Under the pieces are notes generated by a model. The model was not told where the DNA came from and did not search any database. It saw only the letters and a list, made by a program, of their open reading frames with translations. Below are positions 24,521 to 39,621 of a DNA stretch of 64,000 nt, one piece after another. The stretch's first letter is position 1. Each line of letters begins with the position of its first letter. The translations under genes and the position numbers were made by a program. The stretch comes from Octopus vulgaris (taxonomy: Eukaryota), in the NCBI GenBank assembly GCA_951406725.2, contig OX597822.1:34224001-34288000 (forward strand), in the 5' to 3' direction.

Positions 24521-24879
24521 ATTTTACAAGACACATGTAGACGAAACATACAGTGAATAGGTCTCATCCCATACCAAGGGCAATAAAGCTGCTATCCAAT
24601 GACATTTTAGATAACATCAACAAAACAAACCATCTGGATAATTAATACTCAAAGACATACTATTATTATCATCCTATTTCTTTACAATGGTTCATTTCTA
24701 TTATGTATATCACAAAAAATGTTATACAGGTACTCACTTTCGAATTCGTAATTTACGAACCATCACTGATGAAGTCCGTTCAATAAACACAACTTTCTAT
24801 CTGACATAGATACAATGAACCACTACTTAAACTTAAAAAGACAGTTTCAGTTCTATATGTTTTATTCCACTCCCTATAA

Positions 24880-26000
24880 ACCTTGCTCTACAAGAATCAA
24901 ATTACGAAAGATTCTAATGAAACAGTCCCCTGTCTCACTTCCAAATGTCCACGATTACGTTTCTTCATAAATATAAACGAAGAGTTGTTCCTTTTGGTCG
25001 TATATCTGTGGTTTCTCGTCTTTCACAACAACCGTTTCAAAACGGTTCACCCCAGTAACAGACTCTTGTACGTTCATAAGCGTCGACTATGTCCCACTTT
25101 AAAATATCTTTGTTAAATTACTACCTGACATCGACGGCCACCTCAGTCAAATGAATCTGAGTGATCAATATGAATGTATTCAGGTTGGCATCACCACCCC
25201 TGACAATATATCTGCTGCTGAATAGTAATTTGCTACTTTGTCAGAGATGGTAGCCAAATCGCTTATGCTTTGCCTTATCGTACTCCTGCACTACGTCGAC
25301 CATAGTCGTTTTTCCTTCATTCCTATCTTGATGCGACAAACATATAATTTCCGTAGATCAAAATTATGTTTATGTTCCTACTTGCTTTAACAGCATGCAC
25401 AATTACAAGGTTTTAGGGACGATGCTTATCTCTAGACCTAATGTGACCTTCTTCGTCAAGTTACTCAAAAGCTGATGAATTTGCATAAAATATGATGACC
25501 GCACGAGGTTGCTGCTTTGGTATATGCGTCGCTTCTACAATGATACATTCTAGCAGTCTGTATCTATAGCCAAACGTAGGTGTTTCGTCTTGTTCGTGAA
25601 GACACATTCAACAGCTTGCAACAAATACCTAGTTTCTGTACACTGGTTCACTGCATTCACGATGACGTCAGTGAGCATGCCATGTCCGTGTCTCTCGGTG
25701 CAGAACAAATACTGTATACATGCTCTCTGTTCGAAAGCAACAGTTATTGGTTTTCCTGTCCATCTTTACGCTTTTCTTCGATATACATTGGTGAAAGATG
25801 GGCGCACACTTACACACATAGACACAAAACGATTTATAATCTATTTACTTCTTTTACCTCTGATGCAATGGTTGTTTCCTTTAGACAATCAGACACTTAT
25901 CTCTAGCATCCAACAAATTCATGCGGCTCTTCTCTTCACACTATGTCTATTGTGTATCATTCAGTAACAACTTCTAAAAACTTACTCTTCTGACTCCGTT
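24880..26000 (-). pseudogene. Possible old LINE (L1/Tx1-like) ORF2 C-terminal remnant
   Basis: Fragmentary minus-strand translation RWTGKPITV...VFVLHRE..G.GML resembles the FxWxGK...GGLG motif. Heavily decayed. Confidence 0.35.
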
Positions 26001-26228
26001 CAATTTCAGTCATATAAAAATCTCTCCACGTTCAAGCTCTAATTTGAATACCAACCATATATATTTGACTGACTATGTTTTGCATACTAACGCAATCGTT
26101 GCTGAACCGCTGAAAGTAATGAAAAACAATGAAGTCTGTCTATATAGTCGGCTTGCAAAATTTGTGTTGTAGTAGCAGTGCATATTACAATAGTTTCTAA
26201 TTCAAAATTGCACTAGTCATATACATAC

Positions 26229-26325
<97 letters not shown>

Positions 26326-26326
26326 C

Positions 26327-26370
<44 letters not shown>

Positions 26371-26371
26371 T

Positions 26372-26745
<374 letters not shown>

Positions 26746-27301
26746 ACAAAAGACGTAAACTTGAGTTGGAACAAAAAAAACAAAAACAAAAAAACAAAAA
26801 GCAAACAAACAAACAAACAAACAAACAAACCCAACGCTTTCGAACAGAAAAATACACGTGTGATATCGTTTTCACTTCGAGATGCACAGACGCTCTATAA
26901 TTACCGATGTTAGTGCGAATGCAGTAAAGCAGTGATTATCATGTTGGTAAAAAAAAAACAACAAAAAAAAAAACTACTCTTAACTATTGTATTACTCACA
27001 CAATGATATATTATTGAAAAACAAAAAAAAAAAAAAAAAAAACAAAAAACAACAAAAATAAATAACAAAGAAAAATCCCAAATTAAATTTACTGACATAC
27101 AATTTTCTTTCTAATGACTAAATAAAAAAAGATTTTAAGCATTTAAAAAAAAATATCTTTAAAAAAAAAAACATCTAGTACAAAGTCTTAAAAACATTTT
27201 ACACACAGACACACACACAAACACACGCACACATAGTGTATATTTATGTATAATATATATGTATGTATGTATATATATATAAACATTTATATACATAGAT
27301 G

Positions 27302-27447
<146 letters not shown>

Positions 27448-27558
27448 AGAGAGAGATGTATGGATATATGTATATATTTATATCTGCATATAAATATATA
27501 TGCATAGATAGATACATACATAAATGTATATACACATATATTATATGTACTTTATCTC

Positions 27559-27624
<66 letters not shown>

Positions 27625-28390
27625 TGTATTATATATTATACGCACACACACGCATACACACACACACGCGCATACACACACATATACGAACAAAGTTTAA
27701 AGAATGATATCTCTTACCTTTAATTGTTTCGTGATGTATGTTTCAGCCAGTGAAAGAGTTTGCATATAATGATTGAAATACTATCAGCTGTTACAAATAT
27801 AAATCATTCCACTTGTTTCATCGCTTCTTTATTTAATTTCACGAGCTGTTTTTGTTGTCATTTTTTGTAATACTACATATCGAGCTTCAACCTATTTTGT
27901 TCACTGTATGTGCTGTCGTATTTGCAACCTCTACTCGTATATTTTCTGCTGAAGATCACAAATGAAGGATTGTTGCAGTTATATCGATGTTTGCATTTGT
28001 GGTTAGATTTTAAATTAAGCACAGCATATTTGGTAATTTGTTAACTGCAAAAGACAACGATAGATGTTTTGTGCAAAGAAGCGCAGAGATAACAGTGTTA
28101 GACGAGAAATATCCACCATTGTTAATCGACTGTTGTGTCGCGTGATTTCGGTTTGTTCTGCGCCTCTTCATTGCGAGAGACTTTCTTATGACAAATTCTT
28201 GGGACAAATACTTAGGACAAATACTGCAGTATTACGGCGATCTTATAACATATCCACATTAAGTAGGATACAAAGACTGCCGTTCGATGATAATATTGCG
28301 CCCATCGCTAATACATACATATGTACATACGTACATACATGCATACATGTATACATACATGTATACATACATGCATACAATATTTATACA

Positions 28391-28497
28391 AGAAGTGAGG
28401 TAACAGTGACTTCGAAGTTTCGACCTGATAGCCTTCGTCGGATTGTCTAAACAGGCTGGAACCTCTAAGTTATTGACATCCCACCATTTTGTAAAAG
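28391..28497. repeat. ~107-bp hairpin repeat; second copy at 29740-29846 inside a family C SINE
   Basis: Both start AGAAGTGAGGTAACAGTGACTTCGAAGTTTCGACCTG and contain its imperfect inverted complement. Confidence 0.8.
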
Positions 28498-28734
28498 TGT
28501 AATGAATATCTACTCTACAAAAAGTTTTGAATAATTCTTCGAGCAAATGCTTTATAAGCTGTCTGTGAAAAATAAAAACCCCCAAAACCAAAAAAGTTAA
28601 ACCTGGCTAAGTAAGCTGACCTGTGGTAGATGTAGAAATCCACGTAAACCATACTATAACAAACCGTCACCGGTTCAATTTGTAAGTCCAAAGTTTAAGC
28701 AGCAAGTTAATTGGCAGGGTGATACAGAGCATCT

Positions 28735-28968
28735 GTTTCTTTATTACCCACAAGATGCTAAACACAGAGGGGACAAACAAGGACAGACAAACGGATCAAG
28801 TCGATTACATCGACCCCAGTGCGCAACTGGTACTTATTTAATCGACCCCGAAAGGATGAAAGACAAAGTCGACCTCGGCGGAATTTGAACTCAGAGGGTA
28901 GCGGCAGACGAAATACCGCTAGGCATTTCGCCCGGCGTGCTAACGTTTCTGCCAGCTCACCGCCTTTT
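28735..28968 (-). mobile_element. Family B SINE
   Basis: Matches the 16535-17275 units. Confidence 0.85.
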
Positions 28969-29324
28969 ATCATAGAGAAAAACACAATGACAATGAATAT
29001 TTAAATATTTCATTTCTGCTTCCGCAAGTTTCCGATAAAATCGGAGTATCACGGTTCCTTAATGTAATAATCACATCTGTTAATCGATCCCATAATTGAT
29101 CTATTGAACAACGTAAAGGACAGACTTACTCCTATTATCTTCTTCGGGGTTGAACCACACTGGTTGCAGACCAAAGTGGTGTAAGTAGGAACTAGGTCAG
29201 TTTTAAGCATGTGTTTAACCGTTACTTTACTGCCTCGAAAGAAGCGGGGTCAGTAGGGAACTATGACTCTCCGCTTTTACCGGAAACACGTGTAAGCTGG
29301 AAGGAAATGTATAAATATATATTA

Positions 29325-29527
29325 CCTTGAGTGGCTGTGTGGTAAGTAGGCGTAGGAGTGCCTGCGCAGTAAGTAGCTTGCTTACCAACCACCTGGTTCC
29401 TGGTTCAGTCCCACTGCGTGGCACCTTGAGCAAGTGTCTTCTACTATAGCCTCGGGCCGACCAAAAAGCCTTGTGAGTGGATTTGGTAGACGGAAACTGA
29501 AAGAAGCCCGTCGTATATATGTATATG

Positions 29528-29626
<99 letters not shown>

Positions 29627-29920
29627 TTGTGTGTCTGTGTTTGTCTCCCCAACATCGCTTGATAACCGATGCTGGTGTGTTTACGTCCCCGTAACTTAGC
29701 GGTTCGGCAAAAGAGACCGATAGAATAAGTACTAGAATAAGAAGTGAGGTAACAGTGACTTCGAAGTTTCGACCTGATTGCCTTCGTCGGATTGCCGAAG
29801 CAGGCCGAAACTTCTAATTCACTGCCATCCCACCATCTTGTAAAAAGAATAAGTCCTGGGGGTCGATTTGCTCGACTAAAGGTGGTGCTCCAGCATGGCC
29901 ACAGTCAAGTGACTGAAACC
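29325..29920 (+). mobile_element. Full-length family C SINE with internal (TA)n(TG)n
   Basis: GAGTGGCTGTGTGGTAAGTAG head...GAAAGAAGCCCGTCG-[microsatellite]-GTTTGTC...CAGCATGGCCACAGTCAA. Further copies at about 30915-31645 (two), 33985-34440, 37245-37660, 40870-41500, 47065-47500, 50945-51330, 53285-53665, 58880-59870, 60080-60330 and 63385-64000. Confidence 0.85.
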
Positions 29921-30874
29921 TTTGTGAATCGTGTGTCGGTGTATGTACACACACACATACACACAAACTGGCGAAAAAGTAAACAATGCGTCGCGCAAAT
30001 TTACCTTGTGGTGTTTATTTTGAATGCGTTGCTGCCTCATCACCTTATTCTCATTAACGTCTCCAAGAAGAAAATTTAAAGAAAAGAAAAAAATAAAAGC
30101 AAAAACAAACACAAAGTAAACAAAACAATTCGCTAGCGAACATAATATTAAGAAAATGCATGATTTAGAATAAAAAAAAAATAATAATAAAAATTCAAAA
30201 GCCAAACAGAAAACAATACAAAACATGGGAACTAATGGAATGGATATACAATAGAAACGTCACTGGAGATGTGCTAAGTTTGGTATAATAATATATCAAT
30301 GTTCATTGGAACCATCATTTCAAATGATGCCGAATCAAATAAATTGGTAAGTTAGTTCTGCTATGATAAGCTTGTGTTCAATAGAGCGGAAGGATTGATA
30401 TTAAGATGAAAAAAAAAAATAGAGATTGAATTTTGGCAATATTTGTAAATCGTACTTTTGTTTTGCCGTTTTATTTTTTTCGCCATTTCGCAATTATATG
30501 CAGCGGTGTTTTGGCAGGGGACGCATGACGTATTTAATTTTCTTATCGAGAAGACACGTGCGTGCGTGCGCGCGAACACACATACACAAACTCAGACACA
30601 AACACACACACACACACAAACAAACACACGTACACATATAGGCATATACACAAATATTTATCTGTGTTGAAACTCGTTTATTCGATGGAGTGTGAACAAC
30701 TTTTGCTTGTGGTACTCAATACACGATGCAGTGGCAGAGTTTTATATATTTTTTATTTATTTAAAGTTAGCACAACGCTCCATTGAGCATGCGCATATCT
30801 TAGTAAAGGCTAAATTAACTCGTTATAATTAGACAGTACATAAATACATATATATGAACACACACACATACACA

Positions 30875-30917
<43 letters not shown>

Positions 30918-31114
30918 TTTATCTTTTATCTTTTACTTGTTTCAGTCATTTGACTGCGGCCATGCTGGAGCACCGCCTTTAGTCGAGCAAATCGACCCCG
31001 GGACTTATTCTTTGTAAGCCCAGTACTTATTCTATCGGTCTCTTTTGCCGAACCGCTAAGTGTCGGGGACGTAAACACACCAGCATCGGTTGTCAAGCAA
31101 TGCTTGGGGGACAA

Positions 31115-31186
<72 letters not shown>

Positions 31187-31642
31187 CATATATATGACAG
31201 ACTTCTTTCAGTTTCCGTCTACCAAATTCACTCACAAGGCATTGTATATATATACATTGTATATATATATACATTGTATATATATACTCTTTTACTCTTT
31301 TACTTGTTTCAATCATTTGACTGTGACCATGCTGGAGCACCGCCTTTAGTCGAGCAAATCGACCCCAGGAATTATTTTTTGTAAGCCTAGTACGTATTCT
31401 ATCGGTCTCTTTTGGCGAACCGCTAAGTTACGGGGACGTGAACACACCAGCATCGGTTGTCAAGCGATGTTGCTGGGACAAACACAGGACACACAAACAT
31501 ACATATATACATATATATACGACGGGTTTCTTTCAGTTTCCGTGTGCCAAATGCACTCTTTGGTCGGTGCTACGCAGTGAGACTGAACCCGGAACCATAT
31601 GGTTGGTAAGCAAGCTACTTACCACACAGCCACTCCTACGCC

Positions 31643-31759
<117 letters not shown>

Positions 31760-32221
31760 TATATAGATAGATAGATAGAGAGAGAGATAGATAGGCAAAA
31801 TATGCAGATACATCGAATATATTAAATATATTAGTTTGGGTATGAAATACAAAATATGCATATATGCAAAACGAGAAAAAGCAAAAGATGGAAACATTTA
31901 CGAGAGGAATTTTTAATGATAAATATAAATATATTTATATTAATAGGTGCAACTTAAACAATATAAGTGACAGAGAAAATTGGAGGGGTGGAAGAAAGGT
32001 GTTATAAGTCCAACAGCTGTTTCTAGGGGTTCGGCGACCTATAATAATCTTTTCTACTCTAGGCACAAGATCCGAAATTTTGGGGGTGGGGGCCAGTAAA
32101 GTAGATCGACCCCAGTACACAACTGGTACTTAACTTATCGACCCCGAAAGGATGAAAGGCAAAGTCGACCTTGGCGGAATTTGAACTCAGAACGTAAAGA
32201 GTGACAGAATATCTATTTCTT

Positions 32222-32301
<80 letters not shown>

Positions 32302-32399
32302 GAGCCCGATTTATTCGCGATCAGGGTTGTTCGAAAACCGAGGTACTACTGTATTTAACTTAGTTTGTAAAATAAGAACTAAGCAGTATCAACGATAAC

Positions 32400-33130
32400 G
32401 ACCAAAACCCAGGTGAGGTAACACCGTATAAAGTCATCACCCTCCAATGTACACCTCGACAGATTTAGCAAAGGCTCATCTTTGACGTCATTAAAACTTC
32501 CTGCTCCCCAACCTCTCAAAATCCCAACATGGATTCACAGTAAACCAAACTACCGCACAACTCTGGGACCTAAAGCAGAGGATAGGTGACGACTTTAACA
32601 ACAGAGAACTTACTATATGGTCATTTTAATTACCATCGACTTTTCCGGTAAATCTCATCTCTGCTATCCATTTTTGCCCAAAGTATTCATTATGTAACAA
32701 TAACTAACGCTGAATTGTTTGCTAACTGTCACGTTGCCAAGATCATGCAGCGACTGCACAAAAGTTTTAGTTTCCTAATTGGAGTTCCACAAAGATCCTT
32801 CTCCCCACTCTTTTTAACCAACGCCTACACGACCTCCTTGTACCTCAGAACATACAATATCACGCGCAGGCGCAGTTAACCTCATCTATTGCAATTATTC
32901 TGCAGACACAACACAGCTGCTTAATAACTTCAATCTGACATTAATAATTTAGAAACATCGCTTCAGGAAGATCTATGACGCACAGAGGATAAAGAAACCA
33001 CATACACAGAAGAGAGAAAATGCTAGGACTTACCATACAAAATCTCCACAGTATTTATGTTATGTGTAGGAGACATATTAAAGAAAGCAAATACTTAATG
33101 ATGTTATAGGTATGACATTTGGCCAACAGA
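32400..33130 (+). pseudogene. LINE reverse transcriptase remnant (Jockey/CR1-group-like)
   Basis: Fragments VILITIDFS, GVPQRS/LLPTLFNQRLHDL correspond to the RT DxSKAFD and GVPQGSxLSPxLF motifs. Frameshifted. Confidence 0.55.
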
Positions 33131-33164
33131 CAGAAACAATATTGGAGTACAACGAAAAAAATAG

Positions 33165-33985
33165 TCTTTTCTACTGTAGGCACAAGGCCCGAAATTTTGG
33201 GGGAGGGGGCCAGTCGATTAGATTGACTCTAATACGCAACCGGTACTTAATTTATCGACTCCGAAAGGATAAAAGGCAAAGTCGACCTCAGCGGAATTTG
33301 GACTCAGAACATAAAGTTAAACGCCCGGCGTACTAACATTTCTTATCTCTTTACTGCCCACAAGGGGCTAAACATAGAGGGGACAAACAAGGACAGACAA
33401 ACGGATTAAGTCGATTATATCGACCCCAGCGCGTAACAGGTACTTATTTAATCGACCCGAAAGGATGAAAGGCAAAGTTGACCTCGGCGGAATTTGAACT
33501 CAGAACATAAAGACTGACGAAATACCTATTTCTTTACTACCCACAAGGGACTAAACACAGACAGGACAAACAAGGACAGACAAACGGATTAAGTCGATTA
33601 TATTAACCCCAGTGCGCAACTGGTACTTAATTTATCGACTCAGAAAGGATGAAAGGCAAAGTCAACCTCGGCGGAATTTGAACTCAGAACGTAACGGCAG
33701 ACAAAATACGGCTACGCATTTCGCCCGGCGTGCTAACGTTTCTGCCAGCTCGCCGCCTTACATAGAAAAAAAATAGCTATTTCTTTATTGCCCACAGGGG
33801 CTAAACATAGTGGGTACAAACAATGACAGAAAAGGGATTAAGTCAATTACATCGACTCCAGTGCGTAACTGGTACTTATTTAACCGACCCAGAAAGGACG
33901 AAAGGTAAAGTCGACTTCGGTGGAATCTGAATTCAGAGCATAACGGTAGACGAAATACTGCTAAGCATTTCGCCCGACGCTCTCA
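33165..33985 (-). mobile_element. Cluster of four or more family B SINE modules; similar clusters at about 32045-32225, 48355-48740 and 56705-57065
   Basis: Repeated CGAAAGGATGAAAGGCAAAGTCGACCTCGGCGGAATTTGAACTCAGAAC core. Confidence 0.85.
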
Positions 33986-34230
33986 CTTTACTTGTTTCAG
34001 TCATTTGACAGCGGCAATGCTGGAGCACCGCCTTTAGTCGAACAAATCGACCCGAGGACTTATTCTTTGTAAGCCTAGTACTTATTCGACCAGTTTCTTT
34101 TGCCGAACCGCTAAGTTAAGGGGACGCAAATACACCACCATTGGTTGTCAAGCGATGTTGGGGTGACAAACACAGACATACAAACATATACACATACATA
34201 CATACATACATACATACATACATACATACA

Positions 34231-34317
<87 letters not shown>

Positions 34318-35199
34318 GACGGGCTTCTTTCAGTTTCCGTCTACCAAATCCACTCACAAGGTTTTGGTCGGCCCGAGGCTATAGTAGAACACACTTGCCC
34401 AAGATGCCACGTAGTGGCAATGAACTCGGATCCATGTGTGCCAGCTTGCCCCCTATCGAAAAAATATTAAAAGAACTCAGAACCAAAGACGGACGAAATT
34501 CTGCTTAGTATTTCGTGCGATGTGTGAACGTTTCTGCCAACTCACAAGGTTAAATAATATAAAAACTTCTAACATGTAAAGCCTCCTAGATTATCTATGT
34601 GCTTAAGGTGAAAAACTGCAAGCTGTCATCTCAGTGTAGATGGTAGAGGTGTAAGCGTTATCGAAACTCTGAACACTCCAAAGTAACTATACTCCTTGTC
34701 AGCAATAGTCAGAGACTAGGTTACCTCAATCATGCTGAACAGGGTCTAGAAAATAAACAACAAAAGTCATCTTATTCATTTCAATTTGTAATATTTGTAT
34801 ATTGGATTAGTGACGAAATGGGGCTTTTCCACTGGCCATTGCAGGCCTTCCGGTGCTGTGTAGGATTAACAACACCTAAGACAATTAGTTTTGTTACAGG
34901 CAGGCTTCATGCAAGCCCACCAGACCTAGCTGATTCCTTAATCCGTTTGCTATCTTTAAAGTGTCACTGCCCCCAGATTCCACACTAAATATTGTCAATC
35001 AATTATACTCCTTTAGAACAGAAAATCCTTTTGAATTTTTTACGACGTCCATGGTTTTTCTTGCACCTGTTGGTTTACAGAACTTTAATTTGGATATCAG
35101 CCACATCGATTTCATTGAACTAAGACAAATTACGATATAATCTTAAGAAAGTTCCGAAGCTTTAGTCAGGTTACATTGCAATCGTCTAAAGTCCCTATC

Positions 35200-35860
35200 C
35201 CAAAATTACTAGCATAAAAGGAAAAAATAAGCAATTTTGGGACATAGCTTTTAGTCGATTACATCGATCCGAGTCCTTGCTACTTTATTTTATCGATCCC
35301 GAAAAAAATAAAAGGAAAATTGATTTCAATAAGATCTGGACGTAAAGGATCATGGGAAATACAGCAGTGCTTTTCTTTTGCAATGTTCTAACAACACTGC
35401 CTTTCTACTAGCTAATAATTGTAATTTAGACTCAAGGTCAGAAATTTTATGGAAAGAGTGTTAGTCGATTACATTGAGGTCGAAGTACTTGTTTGGGTCC
35501 CGGTTCTATCAACCCCGAAAAGATGAGAAGCCAAGTTAACGTCGGCGAGTCTTCAACTCCGAACGTAAATAACCGGGAGAAAAAAATACTAAGCATTTTG
35601 CCCGGCGCTCAAATGATTCTGACAGCTCGCTGCCTTAATAGTTTCAAATTTTTTGATTCAAGGTTAGTAATTTAATAGGGAAAGGGTACTTAATAATATC
35701 AACCCCATTACTTTAATGGTACTTTATTTTATCGACCACAAAAGGATGAAAAGCAAAGCCGACCTCGGTGGAATTCGAACTCAGAATGCAAAGAGTTATA
35801 ACTAAATAACAAAGCATTTTATCAGACCTTCTAATGACTCCGCCAGCTTGCTGAACATAT
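35200..35860 (-). mobile_element. Old diverged family B SINE copies; similar at about 42280-42910 and 44640-45260
   Basis: Degenerate GTACTTTATTTTATCGAC...GGAATT(T/C)GAACTCAGAA core. Confidence 0.6.
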
Positions 35861-37154
35861 TCTAACACAAAATAAAGGTTGTTTTGTATAGTCATAGATC
35901 AGACTTGATCTATTCTTAATAGAAAATTACCATTGCTACAATATTATCCTAGCAGCGTGTAGACATTCCAATATGTAGCCGGTATTTATGGTTCCTGCAT
36001 TATTTCAAATGTCCAAAAAGTCGTTGTTGTTTAACCATAGGCCAGTTCTGAGCGAGCAGGACTAGGATCAAAGTGTTCCACGATGATCATCTTGTTTCTT
36101 TTTAAACCTGGGGGAAATATATTATAAAATGTCGTTCGTATGTTTTGAAGACGTAAGGCATGGTTTGAAGGAGATTTGTCTATTCTTTCTTACTGTACTG
36201 GTGATTGCGTAGAGGCCTCCATCGTTGGTTTGTGTTCAACAAATTACTAAATATGTTGTGCTTAATTGAAAATCTAACTGTCTATGCGAACGTTGGTACA
36301 GCTGCAATTGACTTCCAACTGTGATCTTCAGCAGATCTTCAGCAAAGAATATACAAGTAAAGGTTGTAAATACGCCCCCAACATAGAATGAACAAAATAA
36401 GGTTCAGCACAATATATGGTGTTGCAAAAGATGACGACAAGAACATTTGAAATGAAATAAAGAAGAAATCAGCTAATTGGAATGATTTGTGTTTGTGACA
36501 GCTGCTGTTATCTTGATTGTTATAGAAGAATACGTTCACTAACTAGATCACACATGAAGAAACGTTTAGAGGTAAGGATCCTTAATTAAAAAGAAATTTA
36601 CAAGCCCGTCTACGAGTGCTTGTGAATCAGCGATCACGTCTACAAGTGATGGTGTGAGTCTAGTGAGTCTAGTGCGAGTTAAAGTGATTCAGAAAACGAT
36701 TATGATAATATTTTTGTTATAAATGATCTTGACATTCTTTTTACTTGACCTAAAATATTCTTTACATTTTACTGTTGTTTTATTGCCATTTATTTACGAG
36801 TATTATAAATTTATACGTAAGATATTTTTCTGGTAACGAATTACGATTATATAAGAAGGAATAAATAACGAGAGTCAGTAGAAGTGTTTTCTTTTATGCG
36901 TTATAACTAAAAGGCTTCAATTTACTATACTCTGAGATGCTCATTTCCGATCATCAGCGAACATTTCAAAAGAAAAGCAGGCTCGGATTAACTGCTGTTG
37001 GTCAGAAAGTGTAATCCGGAGTACTAGAAAGCGGAACCTTTCATTTCTTATATAACATTGTTATTATGGGAGATTATTACTCTGTTTTACGACTTTTCAC
37101 CTTACAAGCGGTCTCCGGGAACAAATTAACTCGTATATCGAGACATTACTCTCA

Positions 37155-37246
<92 letters not shown>

Positions 37247-37654
37247 TCTTACTCTTTTACTCTTTTACTTGTTTCAGTCATTTGACTGTGGCCATGCTGG
37301 AGCACCACCTTTTAATCGACAACTCCACCCCGGGACTTATTCTTTTGTAAGCCCAGTACTTATTCTATCGGTCTCTTTTGCCGAACCGCTAAGTAACGGG
37401 GACATAAACACACCAGCATCAGTTGTCAAGCAATGCTAGGGGACAAACACAGACACACAAACACACACACGCATATATATATATACATATAAACGACGGG
37501 CTTCGTTCAGCTTCCGTCTACCAAATCCACTCAGAAGGCTTTGGACTGCCCGAGGCTATAATAAACGACATCTGCCCAGGGTGCCACGCAGTGGGACTGA
37601 ACCCGGAACCATGTGGTTGGTAAACAAGCTACTTACCACACAGCCACTCCTGCG

Positions 37655-37772
<118 letters not shown>

Positions 37773-38119
37773 AAAAGATAAAAATATAGGTTACAAAAGA
37801 AAAAGAGCAAAAATTCGTTAATCGATTTAAAAATCAAGCGTATAAATATAAATCAAAACTGACATTTTGTCTTTTTTTTTCTATTGTAAGTTTGTCTCTA
37901 TTTTTTATATCAGGATATAGACTAGAAGTATCCATTATCTGTATTGTCTATGACTGTTATTCTTCAAGTGACCCCTGGTCATCATTTTACTCCATCTTGA
38001 TATCCACTTCTGTGTGTGGTCCCTCTTAAATCTTTAGTTCGTTAAACCTGGTGCTCACCATGGTCTTTTAACAATCATTAAGATTCTTATCATGCGGGAA
38101 AATATTTATTCGCCTTCAC

Positions 38120-38157
<38 letters not shown>

Positions 38158-38165
38158 TTATATAC

Positions 38166-38297
<132 letters not shown>

Positions 38298-38331
38298 TAT
38301 ATGTATATATATATATATATATATACATATA

Positions 38332-38439
<108 letters not shown>

Positions 38440-38696
38440 CATATATATACATATATATATATATGTATATATATATATACATATATACATATATATATAT
38501 ATGTATATATATACATATATACATATACATATATATACATATATTTACGTATATATATACATATATATACATATATACATATACATATATATATACATAT
38601 ATTTACGTATATATATACATATATATATATACATATATATACATATATATATACATATATATACATATATTTACGTATATATATACATATATATAC

Positions 38697-38753
<57 letters not shown>

Positions 38754-38754
38754 T

Positions 38755-39520
38755 AACTAATATAGGATAAAATATTTTTCGGGAAAAAATTTTTTATCAA
38801 TGGCCAACATATCAAAAAATACCTTTAAAGGTTAAATTTATAAATAATTTACAAGATAAGGGCAAAAGAAAAATTCTAATCCCAAATATGCCGAAAAAAA
38901 GACAAAACTTTTCAATAACCATTATAATTTATGCGTCTCGAAACAAACCGATAGAAATTTCTAAAAAATTCGTTATTACCGTATTGGTCCAATTTCGGGG
39001 TTAATTAATAAGAAATTTTCCCCTCTTCAGCGGCAAATACGCGAGATATAAGTGAAATACTTACTCATACCCATGGAAAAAGTAAACACCAAGTCCTGAG
39101 CAGACCTAAGTACCCCAAATATATCCAAAATAGAAAAATCTTCGGCACATCTCGAGATACGTGTGATTCGAACTAGAAACTTTCACAGAGTGAGAGAATC
39201 CGGAAGTGAAACACTATTTAATTTATAACTAATATAGAATAAAATTTTTTTCGGGAAAAATTTTTTTACCAATGGCTAGCATATCAAAAAATACCTTTAA
39301 AGGTTAAATTTATAAATAATTTACAAGATAAGGGCAAAAGAAAAATTCTAATGCCAAATATGCCGAAAAAAAGACAAAACTTTTCAATAACCATTATAAT
39401 TTATGCGTCTCGAAACAAACCGATAGAAATTTCTAAAAAATTCGTTATTACCGTATTGGTCCAATTTCGGGGTTAATTAATAAGAAAAGTTCCCCTCTTC
39501 AGCGGCAAATACGCGAGATA
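38755..39520 (-). mobile_element. ~472-bp-unit HHR element, ~1.6 tandem units, inside a (TA)n tract
   Basis: TAACTAATATAG at about 38755 and 39227, nearly identical over ~290 bp. TA-rich microsatellite on both sides. Confidence 0.9.
38976..39036 (-). ncRNA. Type I hammerhead ribozyme (472-bp unit); second copy at 39448-39508
   Basis: TTGCCG-CTGAAGA-GGGG...CCCC-GAA-ATTGGACCAAT-A-CGGTAA, with an AUA cleavage triplet. Confidence 0.87.
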
Positions 39521-39541
39521 CATATATATATGTATATATAT

Positions 39542-39620
<79 letters not shown>

Positions 39621-39621
39621 A

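Noticed and set aside
24766-24780. CTGATGAAGTCC
   Set aside because: No matching stem II partner or GAAA downstream.
36300-36580. Plus-strand exon ending in AG|GTAAGG at about 36571
   Set aside because: The ATG-started frames I checked hit stops, and there is no other support.
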